Both the position numbers and the translations under genes were made by a program. From Perna viridis (Eukaryota), in contig CM074511.1 in the NCBI GenBank assembly GCA_037379345.1, positions 49,978,862-50,042,861 of the forward strand: a DNA stretch of 64,000 nt. The letters run 5' to 3'. Positions 12,901 to 25,499 of this stretch are shown here, in pieces (position 1 is the stretch's first letter; every line of letters starts with the position of its first letter). Below the pieces are notes generated by a model, which saw only the letters and a list, made by a program, of their open reading frames with translations, did not search any database and was not told where the DNA came from.

Positions 12901-15900
12901 CACATAATCCGTTGTAAATCTTATAAGATTTAAATGTTCATTTTTAAATTATTGAACGAATATATTTTATAATGGAAGTAATCTTTATCACACCAATTTA
13001 GTTCTAAAAAAATGAAAACAAAAGAAAATATATATTTATCTGTTCCTCTATTAATATATATATTTAGATATTTGTATATATTTTTTATTCATTTATAGTT
13101 TAAACGTCAAACTACTGTGTCCCTATCCAATGAATAATCGCTACACCACTCGTTCTGTTCAAAGCAGCAACTTTGATCAACATAACATGATAATATTTGA
13201 CCTTAAAATAATGCATAGAGATACATTCAGCTTAACTTGAAATGAATTCTCAAATGAAGTTACAGTGGCTGGGTGTTTAAAGCAATTTAGTATTAGATCT
13301 CCGACAAAGAGTTCGTTCCATTGAAAAGTAAACTAAAATTAACAGTACAAAAAGTTTTGTTCAACTATAGTTTAGTATATTTGTTAGACATGACAATGTT
13401 TGTTCCAGCAATCAGGGTATGTTTTGAACTTTCTTCGATCATTTGTTTTATTTACTTCCCGGTTAATTCTTTGTATGTTGAAAAAGTCTATGTGTATTTG
13501 GTGACAAGAGAGAAATCAATATATTGATTGCCATATTGTAGGCATGTCCAAATTCTTATTCGCCTATACAAATAATTGGTCGCAGGAATGAGGGTCATCA
13601 TATCAAATGTACCCATTGTTGTAATACAAAACTGTGCAATGCCAACTTATCCTGTTCAAGTAATGGAAATATCCGTAAGTAAATCGACTATTCCTTACTC
13701 TTTAACATAATTTCTTTTTATTAGTCCATATTTTATAGCAACTTTAAAAAAGAAAAAAATGTTTCCTCTTTTGTAATATGTAAAATCTTAAAATAACTTT
13801 CAAGAGGGATAGTACTTTATTGTCGGCGACTTGATCAATTTTTTATTTTTCCTCCTGCCTGATGATTTCTTAGCGTTGACTACTAAAATGGTACAAAAGT
13901 ATTTGAAAATTTTCAGGCAACTTATCCATTCATCGACTATAACGTCGCCGATAAACAGCATAACGTCATTTTTAAACGTTTCCGAAGAACATCACATCTC
14001 GCCCTGTCAGACTTGCTGTCGCTGTATTTATATTATTATTTTAAATACAGAAAAAAAGATTGTTTTTATTAATTGGAAACACTTTTATCTTGAAGGGAAC
14101 GGAAACCATGAAAAACATCATGTAGATAAATAAAATCATTAAAAGACCTTGAACAACAGAATAATTACTGAAATCATCTAACATTTTATATCTAAATTGT
14201 ACTGTGCAAGGACGCTGCTTCAAAATGACATACATGTATATTTTAATTTTTGTTCAAGATTCTCAAACATTACCGCCAATGGAGTGTAGTGACTTACGAA
14301 TTACAAAAAGTGGAGTGTTTTCTATATATCCATATGGAACCTGGCAGCAAGAAGTTCGTGCCTATTGTTATGTTGATCCAAGGATGCATATCTGGACGGT
14401 AATTCAATTTTATTTGATCAACCAATAATTATTGCTAATATATAGCATCCAGTGCGAGAATCGTTAAAATAATAATATTTTCTTTCAAGAAAAGGATTTT
14501 TTAATCTAACAAATTAACAAATGCTGAAACTAAATGAAAGACGGGTCTGGGGTTATTATGCGATAAACATTTGGAAAAATCTTATGAAAACTCAGTGTGT
14601 AAACTGATATTATCATAGAAATATTCAATAAAGAGTAGTATTGATAGTATCATAAATTATATATTAAGCTTAGAATATAATTTTCTATCGCCAAGTTTAG
14701 GAAAATATGAAATATTTTTAAATGTGAATGAATATATTGACGTCGCAGGATTCAGCTTCAGTTGTATTTGGAATTCGGTAAATGCTTTATTGAGTATGTT
14801 TACAATGTTTCGTATTCGTGGTTTCTTTTCATTATTCACTGATGGTATTATTATTTCCAAACTTCATGAAAAACCAGATTTTTCCCATATACATGCACAC
14901 TTTATATATATAAATATATATATACACGATAGATATCAGTAATAGTAAGTGAATGTTATAGGATGAATACTGAGGTTCTTCCAGTATAAATAGTTTATAC
15001 TATGGCAATCTTATTTACAACTTAAAAACAACATATAATACAGCTCCTCAGCCGTTTGTAAAGATTTTTTAAAAAGTGTATATCCTTTAAGCAAACTGAG
15101 AGGATGGTAAACATATTTTAAAAACGCAAAAGCATTAATCATATCCATTAAAGGTAGATTTTTTGTTTGGTGAAGTATTTCTATAGTTCTATCAAAAACT
15201 GCGTTATACGTATCATACACATAAAAGTGTTATTCTAGGTGATTCAACGAAGGATTGATGGCAAAGTAAACTTCTACAGAGACTGGCAGTCATATAAAAC
15301 TGGGTTTGGGACCCCAAGTGCAGAGTATTGGCTGGGTAATGAAATATGTTTTACAACAATTAAGATAACATTCAGGGTATCATAAATCTTATTTTTTAAA
15401 TGCTAATTGAATGACAAGTAATATATGGCTTCGATGTTAAAACAGAAAATAATTAAGAAAGAATCCATGCTTTGTTGTAAAAATTATCTAGTCATGCAAG
15501 TTTGCTTGTGTCCATCATTTCTGAAATAACACGATTAACAAAATTAATAGTAAAAATATCGCATGGTCAGAAGAAGGGAAATACAAAACCAGTAATGTGC
15601 GAAAAATAAGTACAAAATAACACTAATAAAATACCCAAAACAAACAACATGAATTCAAATTTGATTGATGTGATCTATAAAGTAAATGTGATCATTGAGA
15701 AGCATTACTTACTAAACAGAACAATGAAAAGGAGGAGAAGTTGTAGTACGTTTCGACAATAAGTGCATTGATAATTTTTAAACTTAAAAACAGACTTTTG
15801 ATAAATCAAGTATCCTTTTTGAAGGGAATGATGTAATACATGAGCTAACAGAAGATTCCAATCACGCCTTAATGATAAGATTGACCGATTACAGTAATGT

Positions 15901-16576
15901 CACTAAGTATGCGGAGTATTTATCATTCCATGTGGCCAGTGAAGCCCAGGGGTACCGATTGACAGTTAGCCTGTTTGATGGAAATGCAAGTATGGACGAA
16001 AGTTGAAGATATTTTCAAATTCTAATACGCATTTTGTATAATTTGCCCAACTTAATTCTTTTAAAACAAAACATCAATGATTAAAGGACTTCAATTGTGT
16101 ATAAAATATAATATGATTTTAACTTGCCGAATAACGTACCTAACAAATGATTCATAAATCAAATTTGTTTATAATATACAACACATTTCTAACTCAAAGA
16201 CATAGAGCATAGTAATGACATCAGTTGTTTTTCTTTTTTAATTTGAAGACATTTGATGTAAATGGTTACGTTTGCTGAGATAGATAGTATGTCACTGTTA
16301 CAGATGTGATTTTTATATTAAAATGTTAAAGCTGACGACCTATCCTATCATAGCGGACAAAAATTTACAACACACGACAGAGATAATGATCCATATTCTT
16401 CCAACTGCGCAATTAGGTATAAAGGAGCTTGGTGGTACAAGTCATGTTACTACTCAACACTAAATGGGCTTTACATTACAAATCCTAAGGATAATACTGG
16501 GACAGGCATGGCATGGTACAACTGGCATGGATATCATCCGCTGAAGGAAACCATAATGATGATCAGAAGACATTAA
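9909..16576 (+). CDS. Secreted LU (Ly6/uPAR three-finger)-fibrinogen-related-domain protein, about 325 aa (paralogue B, intact)
   Basis: Exons 9909-9924 (least certain), 10872-10904, 11848-11924, 12295-12366, 13542-13674, 14259-14398, 15239-15335, 15825-15989, 16332-16576. All introns GT-AG; sum 978 nt, open frame. Signal-like [16 protein letters not shown]; LU cysteines from CLSC to CCNTKLCN; FReD motifs [22 protein letters not shown]...[22 protein letters not shown]...LNG, MMIR. Confidence 0.88.
11044..11085 (-). ncRNA. Type I hammerhead ribozyme 1
   Basis: Minus strand reads UGCUG CUGAUGA GGGG-UUACU-CCCU GAAAC ACGU GUA^CAGCA: complete core, stems I and II, minimal palindromic stem III. 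Predicted cleavage between 11049 and 11048. Confidence 0.85.
11411..11452 (-). ncRNA. Type I hammerhead ribozyme 2
   Basis: Minus strand reads UGCUG CUGAUGA GAGU-UUACU-ACUU GAAAC ACGU GUA^CAGCA. Stem II covaries with copy 1. Predicted cleavage between 11416 and 11415. Confidence 0.85.
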
Positions 16577-16929
16577 ATCATTATGATTGATGTTGTTAAT
16601 AATAAGACTTTAAAAATAAAACTATGTATATCATTTACACCCTGGCTCATTTGATGTTTAAGTGATATTTAATTTTGAACATGGTTTTAACAATATATTG
16701 GTATGGAAAATAAAGTATTATGATAAAAAAAAAGAAATATGGCCAAAATGGAAGTAAATGGTCATTTCAAAATGCTCTTTGAACAGTTGGTGTGCCTGGT
16801 GTTAAATCAAACTAAAACATACACTAACACGTCGATTTAAGTAAAGCAAGAAAACACTAACTATACAAAATATACACACTAAAACAGAACTTTTGTAAAA
16901 TATACATAAAATACTTATGTTTGCTTTTA

Positions 16930-17470
16930 TTGTTTAAACAAATGCAAAACATGCGTGTCTAAAAGATTTTTCATGTTTTTGCTACATGATTTTGGGTCTT
17001 TGAAAACTGGTGTAGCATTGGCGCTCATTGACCATCCTAAAACTTTCATTCGTTTCAAAATTAAAGATTTCGCGGTCCTTAACCACTCTGACAGAGAATC
17101 AATGTCTTCTTGTTCTTCTTGCGTAGTCCTCCACGTCATCTATAAGAAGTTTCGTTTTCGATGATCGATAAATCTCTTTTAACGATGTGACCAGAAGGAC
17201 CATTTGAATGGAGACTTTTTGCAAGAACAGTCAGGTGGTTTAGCCTTGAAGTCCTCAATATCGCCTTTTATCATTGAAATCATTGGCTGCAATGGTTGAA
17301 GTAAAGGAATATAAAATAATTGGTATGGATTTGTCTTTGAAATATGGGGTATTTTGTTGGTAACGTTTTTGTGATGGAGCATGTTAGCCAACTTAATTGC
17401 ATCTATACCTTTGTTGACAAACGGTAGTGGAAGAAATGATCGCTTTCTTAATCTTGACTTTTCACACAAA
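16930..17470 (-). mobile_element. Penelope-like element, decayed N-terminal ORF fragment
   Basis: FLPLPFVNKGIDAIKLANMLHHKNVTNKIP..PPDCSC..LSEWL..PVFKDP; resembles the pre-RT region of bivalve Penelope-like ORFs as I recall it. Confidence 0.6.
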
Positions 17471-18602
17471 CTGGTTTAAAGATTCTGTGGAAACCAATAT
17501 CCAAAATGATGGCAACATTATACATATACATATGAAAACATATGTTGCAATTTTTCCCACTTTACAGGATTCAATATTGATATATTTGAAAACATTTCTG
17601 ACTGCCAAAATATATGTGTAGTGTGAGTTTATATTAAAAAATAATCATTTTGGCAATTTAGGCCTGCAAAAATATCTCTAAGAGGGAGGGAGGGAGTTAT
17701 CTTGGCAATGGACTTCATGGAGATAAACAAAATAAACATTAAAAGTGATGTGCACATATTTGATAAACTTCATCACAAAAATAAATGATATGTTATCCGT
17801 AAAAAAAATATGACAAAAGTCCGTTGCTCTTCCAGAGATCAAGATGACTTAATTAAGAATTACAGATTATCACAACACTTCTTATCTCACTAAGCAAACA
17901 GGAATGCTCTATATGCTCCGTTATACCAATTATAATTAGCTCTATGGGATAATTAAGGATAGAATAGCCAATGGCCAACAAAAACCATGAAAATTATTAC
18001 AGTTATGGAAAAAAAGATTTTTGATAATAAAAATAGTGTGTTTTATACTGTTTTCCTTATGCGTACATTTGTACTAAAACAATTGTGTTTCTTAAAAGAG
18101 ATAGAATCGTTAAACTGTAACAATTACAATGCATTTAAGTTTAGGTGATGGTAAAAACGAGGATAAATAACGGAGTGGTAATACTACGCCGGTCATAATC
18201 GGATTTTAACTGAATAATATAATGCATCGCAACTCCGCAATTACTGTGTGAAAAGCGTTTGCATTCGAAGACACCTGATTCACATTCTTTTTGATTGAAA
18301 ATGATGTAGACATAAGAGAAATTCTGAATGAACCAAAATATGAAGTCTATAACTTACTTTACTTTTTTTGTTTTTCTCTAGAAATACAAGATGAACCCCT
18401 TTAATCATGTATTATATTTCCTATGTTGTATGTTGGTTCAAAGGTATATTTTTGATGTTTTTATATTACTTTATTATGAGGAAGGTGAAACCTTAAACAC
18501 TCCCGAAGAAACACCTAAGTTCTTTAATTACTTTTCTCAGCCTTGTTAATATTAACTTCCAAAATAGTTAATTATTATTATACGTTTATCTTATTTTCCT
18601 TC

Positions 18603-18604
<2 letters not shown>

Positions 18605-18689
<85 letters not shown>
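18605..18689. repeat. (TA)n microsatellite
   Basis: Uninterrupted AT dinucleotide run, forming the tail of the adjacent tRNA-derived repeat. Confidence 0.98.
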
Positions 18690-18692
<3 letters not shown>

Positions 18693-18905
18693 GTCTCAGA
18701 ATGTGACGACTCTATTCACTACACTGCTCCATCGGATCAAATTGATACAGGGAAGATATGTAAACGTATAGAAACGTCTGAAAAATTCCCAACGATATTA
18801 GAACTGTCAAATTTGCGATGCAAATTTTTTGTCGTTCCCTCCGCGGAACTCGAACTCGTACCGCTGTGACATCTATGGCAACACCGCCTGCACAAAGTCC
18901 AGCGA
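18690..18905 (-). mobile_element. tRNA-derived SINE-like repeat with (TA)n tail
   Basis: Reverse complement of 63250-63470, including the B-box-like GAGTTCGAGT. Confidence 0.75.
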
Positions 18906-19128
18906 ATAGTTCATTGAAATGAATGAATACCGTTAAAGATCTCAACATATATTCCTTTTAATAACGTTATCAAATTTCAAATATCAAATGTCAGATTGTA
19001 TTTGTTGAGCTTGCCATCATTTGATTTTATATGAATGTTATAACACTTTCAGGATATCACCAGAAAGATGACTCTGTCATCATTGTCACTGTTAAAGTGA
19101 TTATTTGCGCACATTCTTATCATTTTAG

Positions 19129-22100
19129 TAACCGTAGTCGTTTTTGGTGCTACTGTAGCAGGTATGGCATCTTTATTGCTCTTGGTTGGTAACAAGGTAT
19201 TAAATTATTCTTGCTTTTCATTATAAGAGTCTATGTGTATGATTGAAGAGCTGGTTTCAAGGTAACTATATTGTGTTTACAATTATATTGTAAGGTAGTT
19301 ATGTGTTTTAATGATTCCTGGAGCCAAAGTAATAGTGACCAAAATGTATCCCTTAAACGAGTTAATTAGGAAATTGATTTGTTTTTGTTGATTGAGGTCT
19401 AGAAGGATTTAATTCGTGTAAGTCATGTTTAGCGTTGTAGTCAGGATCAAGATTAGAAGATAAGAATTTTCTTTGATTTTAATAGGTCAAGATTACCGTC
19501 AAGATAAGGTTTCCGCAAGACTAAAATTTCTACTCTCGTTTTAACCTGTACTTGCAATTTATTAGCAACTCGGCGGGTAATTTAGAAAACCAGAAGTTTA
19601 CCCTATTGGTGCACTTGGTCCCTGTTCCAAGTGGTTTTTGAGGAGTCCTGGTCGCTTATGTATTCTAGTGTGTTCTATCTGTTTAATTTGTCAAGTATTC
19701 GTGTCCGAATCATTAATATCCCGTTCTCGTTATAATCATAGTCTATTTGCTTTAAATTGAAAATAATTTTCCTGTAGTTAACATTATAAACTTTTTGAAC
19801 TATTAGGGTCGCCATATTTGGGGGCTTTTAGACTCATTTTGTTTTAATTACCCTATAAATAGCATTGGCTTATCGAAAGCTCTCTGTGGTAAATACAATA
19901 AAACCTGTAAAAATTCGATATGACTTTGCGTTGTTGCTGGAAGAAAGCAGCGAAGACTGGAAACATACATCGTACCTCATGACAAATGTGACCATTCAAA
20001 TCGAATACGATATACGTCACAACGAAAATCAATCGAAGAAACTAATCTTTATAATGTAACGTATACCAATTCGATCTTTGATTAGTTTCACTCATCATGA
20101 AGAGCGATGTTTGCTTTCACTTTATTCGCCAATTCAAAGGTCATACTGCTTTTTATGGGTTGTATTTCGATAAATTACATTTGAAACAAACTTTGTTAAT
20201 TCACTTAGGACTCCGGCAAAAGTCGCAACACAATTTTCTTGTGAAATTAACATTATTTTGCGCCACTAATTATTGGAATGCCAATCTGCAAATTTAATTC
20301 ATTTTTCCGAAAACACAATCTATGTAATAAATAAGCTAAAAATGGTTGTTTAAAAACACAATTAAACGTTTTCCCAATCGTTAACACTTGAAGCTCATCG
20401 GCACTCGTCATCATATTTTGATATTCACTCTTTACATTTGATTTTATCTTTTAACTTTACAGAATCTGCCACCAAATGCTTCTCTTGTAGTGGAGTAGAA
20501 CAAGTTTGTAGTCACAGTATTCGATGTGTCAGTAACGAGGTAAATGGTTTACCAAATAAATCAATGACTGTCTTTATAATAATAATAATAATAATCTTTA
20601 TTTCAAGAGGGTTATACAGTCAGTTTACAAGCTAATCTTCCCTGAGGCCCTTACACACAAAAACTATATCTACAAAAAATAAAAAAACACATCACAAAAA
20701 CAAAAGCTGATTTTACAATACCATATCACTTTAAGACAATACAATATAGTACATTTAAAAAACAGTGTAAGCAGTAACAATTTTCTCTTTTAAGATTCTA
20801 TTATCAGTCTTTGAAAGACTGATAATAGAAGACACATTAGTTGAAGAAGTAAATGGAAACAGAGAAACGGTCTCTATTTCCATTTCCAATGATCTTTTTA
20901 TATTGCATTTTTGCAAAGTACAAAAAAAAACGGCAATTGTATCATGCAGCAATATGATATACAGAAGATCAACATTGAAAACAAATATTCAGTTTCGTTA
21001 TTTTGTTATTATCCTCCATGTATTGCTTTAAAGAAATCCATTATCTTAATTTAGGTTACAGACCACCAATTCAACCAATGACCATTTAGAACGTACGCAG
21101 AAATAGTCCTACGCAGAAATTACCCCTGCTCCTCATAGTGCTGTGAAAAAAAGTTCTCATCTTATTTAAAAAATTTAAACAGTTTCCGAAAGGAAAAACA
21201 TTTCTGTACATTTTATAGGTGCATTTTGCTTCTTGTGGTGTGAAGCCTCATCTCCATAATGGTTTCTAAATATACCCCTATCTTGTGAAAACAATGGGAT
21301 TTCCCATGCTATTTAGAGAGCCTTCACTTCCAGTGACCAGTACTGCACTGCAAGTCTGCTAACCCCACATGCCATTCTGAGGATTGTGAGCTGACATATG
21401 TAGAATCATGCTGATATATAGTCCTCTGCAGGTTAAAGTTAAGGTAAAGTCCAGAGAAGCCATTGAATATTGTGAAATTAGCATAGAAGCCTATGGGAAG
21501 TGGAATTAGTGGTTTCTAGCCTTAAATCATACAAGTTGACTTCTTGTAGTTTCAGACAATGTAAAATCTAAAAATCATAGTTGTGTAATGCTAATTTGAC
21601 ATGTGCATCGCACGGAAATGTTCGTAAGTACTTTTAAACTACAGTGATACATTCAACATAAATAATTTCAAAAAAGAAATTTTGAAACCCATTCAATCAT
21701 TTAAGTCACAATTAATTGAATATATTGAATAAACATTTAATTATTATGTAATTTTTTTTCATAAACGAACTTAAATGCAAATAAAAATATCTCAAGCTGT
21801 TTTTTTTTTTCTTATATGCTTTATTTTATAAATATATGTCATACTTTAAAACAAGTACTATCTTTAAAAAAGAGATAGCCAACGCAGTAATTTTTTATTA
21901 CTTATAATATTCATCACGAAATAACGCATGGCACGCTATTTCAATTTCCTCCTTCGAACCCCACTAAGTTACCAGTATTTGGCCAATCTGGAAACATAAC
22001 TTTGATCAGGTGACTTGCGTTTCCATGGAAGAGCGTCTGTAAGGTCAGAGGGTAAAAAGCGAAACTATACCGACTGGGTCGGAAAAAGCTGTTTATTTGC

Positions 22101-24749
22101 AAAAATATGCACTTTGACCTTTCATCATACTCTCGTTTAGTTACATTTTAACCAAAAATTTAACATTACCTCTCTACAAAACCAAGAAACAACATTGTTT
22201 TACTCAAGTATTTTTATTGCTATTATCAAATTTATCATCATTATTAATTTCTTGTTAAAGACCGATGTCTTTTGTTAGAGTATAACAATAGCAACTTTCT
22301 ACAGTACATACTTAGCTTGCAAGTACATTTAAATTGTTGCCTGGGTTTTGCTTTGCTTTGTTTTGTTTTTTTTTTCTTTCTTTCTTCGTAGCTGTAACAT
22401 CCATTCTACCAACAGAGTGTGAGGTTTTACAAATAACTACCAGTGGAGTTTATACCATCTATCTGTATGGCTGTTCCAGAAGTCAATGTATACTGCTTTG
22501 TGGACTCCAGTCTATATGCTTGGACAGTATAGTATTCCTTCATTAAATCATGTAGTTGCTTATCGGCCAATACAATTTTTTTAGTCGAACGGCTTTCCCA
22601 TTTGATTTTTTAAGAATTTCTTCTGTTTTTTGTTTTTTTGTATTTGTTGTTTTTTGTTTTCATGCATATACCACTATTTACCACGACATTCGATTTGTAT
22701 CCAATAAATTCAAACAAACAAAAATTTAAATATCTTAATTTTTAAGTTTATATACTCCAGTATAAAATCAATCTAATGCAAATTTTAAAAAAAAAAGGGT
22801 TTATCAATCAAATACGGCCTTTGTAAATAATTTTTAATTGTATTATATATATTTCGATGGAGTGTCCGTGAAGAAATGGTCTTACATTGTATCATCGGGA
22901 ATTAGTCGATTGGTTATTGCCAAACAGTACGTCATAGGTTTGTGATTTTTCAGTTGACATTTGTCGGGTAACACGAATGAATTTATGGTAATAATAAAAT
23001 AACCGAACTAGTAAACTCTAGAAAGTTGTCAAAAGGAATAGTCAAATGGAACGTCAGTAAAACAAATGATCTCCGTGACTGGATTAAAAGTAGATTTCCT
23101 TCAAATCATGCTTCGTTTTTTTTTCGGAAAAAATGTACTTACACCCGACTTGTTAACACTCTGAAATTTTTGTCATAAGTGAGAGAAATTCATTGTTTTT
23201 ATCCGTTCCACTGCACCCTAATCGTACAAAAAAGGGACATTGCGGGTCATACAAAGAAGGTTTGATGGATCACTGAACTGCTACAGAGACTGGCAGGAAT
23301 ACAAAGATGGTTTTGGTTCACCTGTTGGTGAATATTGATTAAGTACGATTTATTTTTGAAGCAATTTATACTCATAATAGCATCTGTTTCAACTACCTTA
23401 TACAGAATAGTATAATTCCAAATTTTTCACACATAAAAAAAGTTGTTTTTAGAATCTTTGTAATAAGATAAACTTCTGTTAAACGGAATGTTTCCTTTAA
23501 AATCGACGACCTATAAGTGTATATTTTATGCTCTCATTTTAAATAATTTGACTATTCTATTCAAGGCAATGAATATATTCTTGAAATTTTGTCTGGTTCA
23601 AACCACGACCTGAAAATCATTATGAAAGATTTTAATAATGTGACCAGATTTGCCGAGTACTTGTCGTTCCACGTGTCAAGTGAAACCAATAAAGATGGAG
23701 TCGTGATTGGTTCTTATGATGGCGATGCAGGTGAGGGCATTTTTCAAATTATTCTGGCCAAAAATTATTAAAGAAACATTTTAAGACAAGGCTTCATACT
23801 ACCTTTATATATCACATGATTCTAAAGCGAGAGTTACATAGTGTTGAGGGTGCACGTCCTTCCACATGTATTTCCTCACTTCAGGTACACAGGGGAGTAT
23901 CCTTATTTTATTTCTTACCCCTCCCTTCTTACACCACTGAAAGGAATTGAATGAAACCTTAAAAGAACTACATATTGAATATTTTAATCTCTTCTTTCTG
24001 ATTTAGATCATGTAACTTTCACAGAATATTTATTTAATATTGAAATATTAATGTATATCTCGTGCTTTGAATTCTAATCCAAATAATATTGGAGTTTCGA
24101 AAGGTGCATGCTATATCTAATTAGGTATCAATTTAGTAAGCATTTCTTACAGTTTCTTTCTGGTTTAAAACATTTATGTTTACAATGAGGACAAGAAAAA
24201 GTTAAAACATCAATGGAAAAAGTCGTTGTAAAGCAAGCATGTTTTAAATCACCGTGCTTCGATTTTTATACCTTAAGAATTAAAGGAGCATGTTCAAAAC
24301 CATATCAATGTGTGTGATAAAAGATAACATCGTGAAGAAAACATAAGTATGCTGATGATGAGCTTTTGTGGTGAAAAAGGTATGCCGTTATATTTATTGT
24401 TTAAGCCTCAACAAACACTTGCAGGTCATAACCAAATTAAGTTGACAACCGCCTGTTTGAGTGAACTCCAACATGTTAATACATATAAATATATCTTACA
24501 GGTGACTCATTTAGACATCATGATGGTAAACAATTTTCAACTTTTGATAAAGACAATGATGAATCGTCAGGTCACTGTGCAGATTTATACAAAGGGGCTT
24601 GGTGGCACGGTAGCTGTCACGATTCTAACCTCAATGGCTTATATCTAAGGGGTAGTACAAGTCAATATGCTACTGGTATGGTTTGGCATACTTGGCATGG
24701 TGATTACTATTCTCTTAAATCTTCAGTGATGATGATCAGGAAATATTAG
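19129..24749 (+). pseudogene. LU-FReD paralogue C, pseudogene
   Basis: Exons 19129-19161; 20463-20539 (SATKCFSCSGVEQVCSHSIRCVSNE); 22392-22526 (135 nt vs 140, frameshift near 22474); 23246-23342 (acceptor AG changed to GG, EY-TGA-L stop at 23336-23338); 23566-23730; 24502-24749 (GAWWHGSCHDSNLNG..MMIRKY*). The start exon and the two distal LU exons were not found. Confidence 0.87.
21054..21521. mobile_element. Non-autonomous TTAA-targeting DNA transposon (Kolobok/piggyBac-like MITE)
   Basis: Near-identical inverted copy at 58635-59101. Imperfect TIRs GGTTACAGACCAC / GTGGTTTCTAGCC; right flank TTAA, left flank TTTA. Confidence 0.8.
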
Positions 24750-25499
24750 TTGTCAGCAGTTTGCCTCTCTCTCAATAGATCGACATAGAAATTGGAATAA
24801 TGGAATAAAAGAACTTATAAAGATGACGATTCTTTGATGTAGGAATAAACTTGCCTCTAATACAAAACACAAAAATAACAATGAAAATAATTATTGTAAT
24901 ATTTGGTATACTGCACACGTGTTTCAGTGAGTAACCTCTCAACAGCAGCATAACAACCAAAAACCAAAAATAATCGAAGTAAAAATATAAATACCAAACA
25001 AAAACGAAAAACCAAACAAATCGAACTAAAAAGCAATATATAGCACCTAGACGTTCAACCATTACAATGCAAGGAATGAAGCCAAGTTTTGTGTTTTTAT
25101 TGAAATGGGATAAGGAAGACTAGAACTGCTCCATGAAATCAGAATAGTACTTCAAAAGATAGTCGAGTTTTTGTCTATTTCAACACATATAGCAAACACA
25201 CGTTTTTATTGAAATAAAAAACATAAAAAAAAATAAAATGTACATATTATGCAACAAATATTGAGTACAAAATGCTGAAAAACAGGACATCATTATACAT
25301 GATGAAAACCACAGTGGGTGATGATATTTAAAAAAAGAATTTTATAAAGGAGATTCAATTGTACCATGTAAAGGATAAACCATGGGTAGCACAGTTGTAA
25401 AATCTCAAAGAAAATGAAAATGGTAAGGATAAAGTATGGATCAAAAACAAATCTAACGGATTTCTACGGAAATTATTGCAACAACTTGAGAATAGACAA

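Noticed and set aside
18391-18443. ATG-initiated hydrophobic mini-exon as the first exon of LU-FReD paralogue C
   Set aside because: It ends in phase 2, whereas the next exon (19129) needs phase 1. The true start exon remains unidentified.
18543-18869. 108-aa ORF with poly(YI)
   Set aside because: It is a translation of the (TA)n microsatellite.
23336-23338. In-frame TGA in a FReD exon as possible selenocysteine or read-through
   Set aside because: It replaces a conserved Trp codon (TGG) and co-occurs with a frameshift and a lost acceptor.
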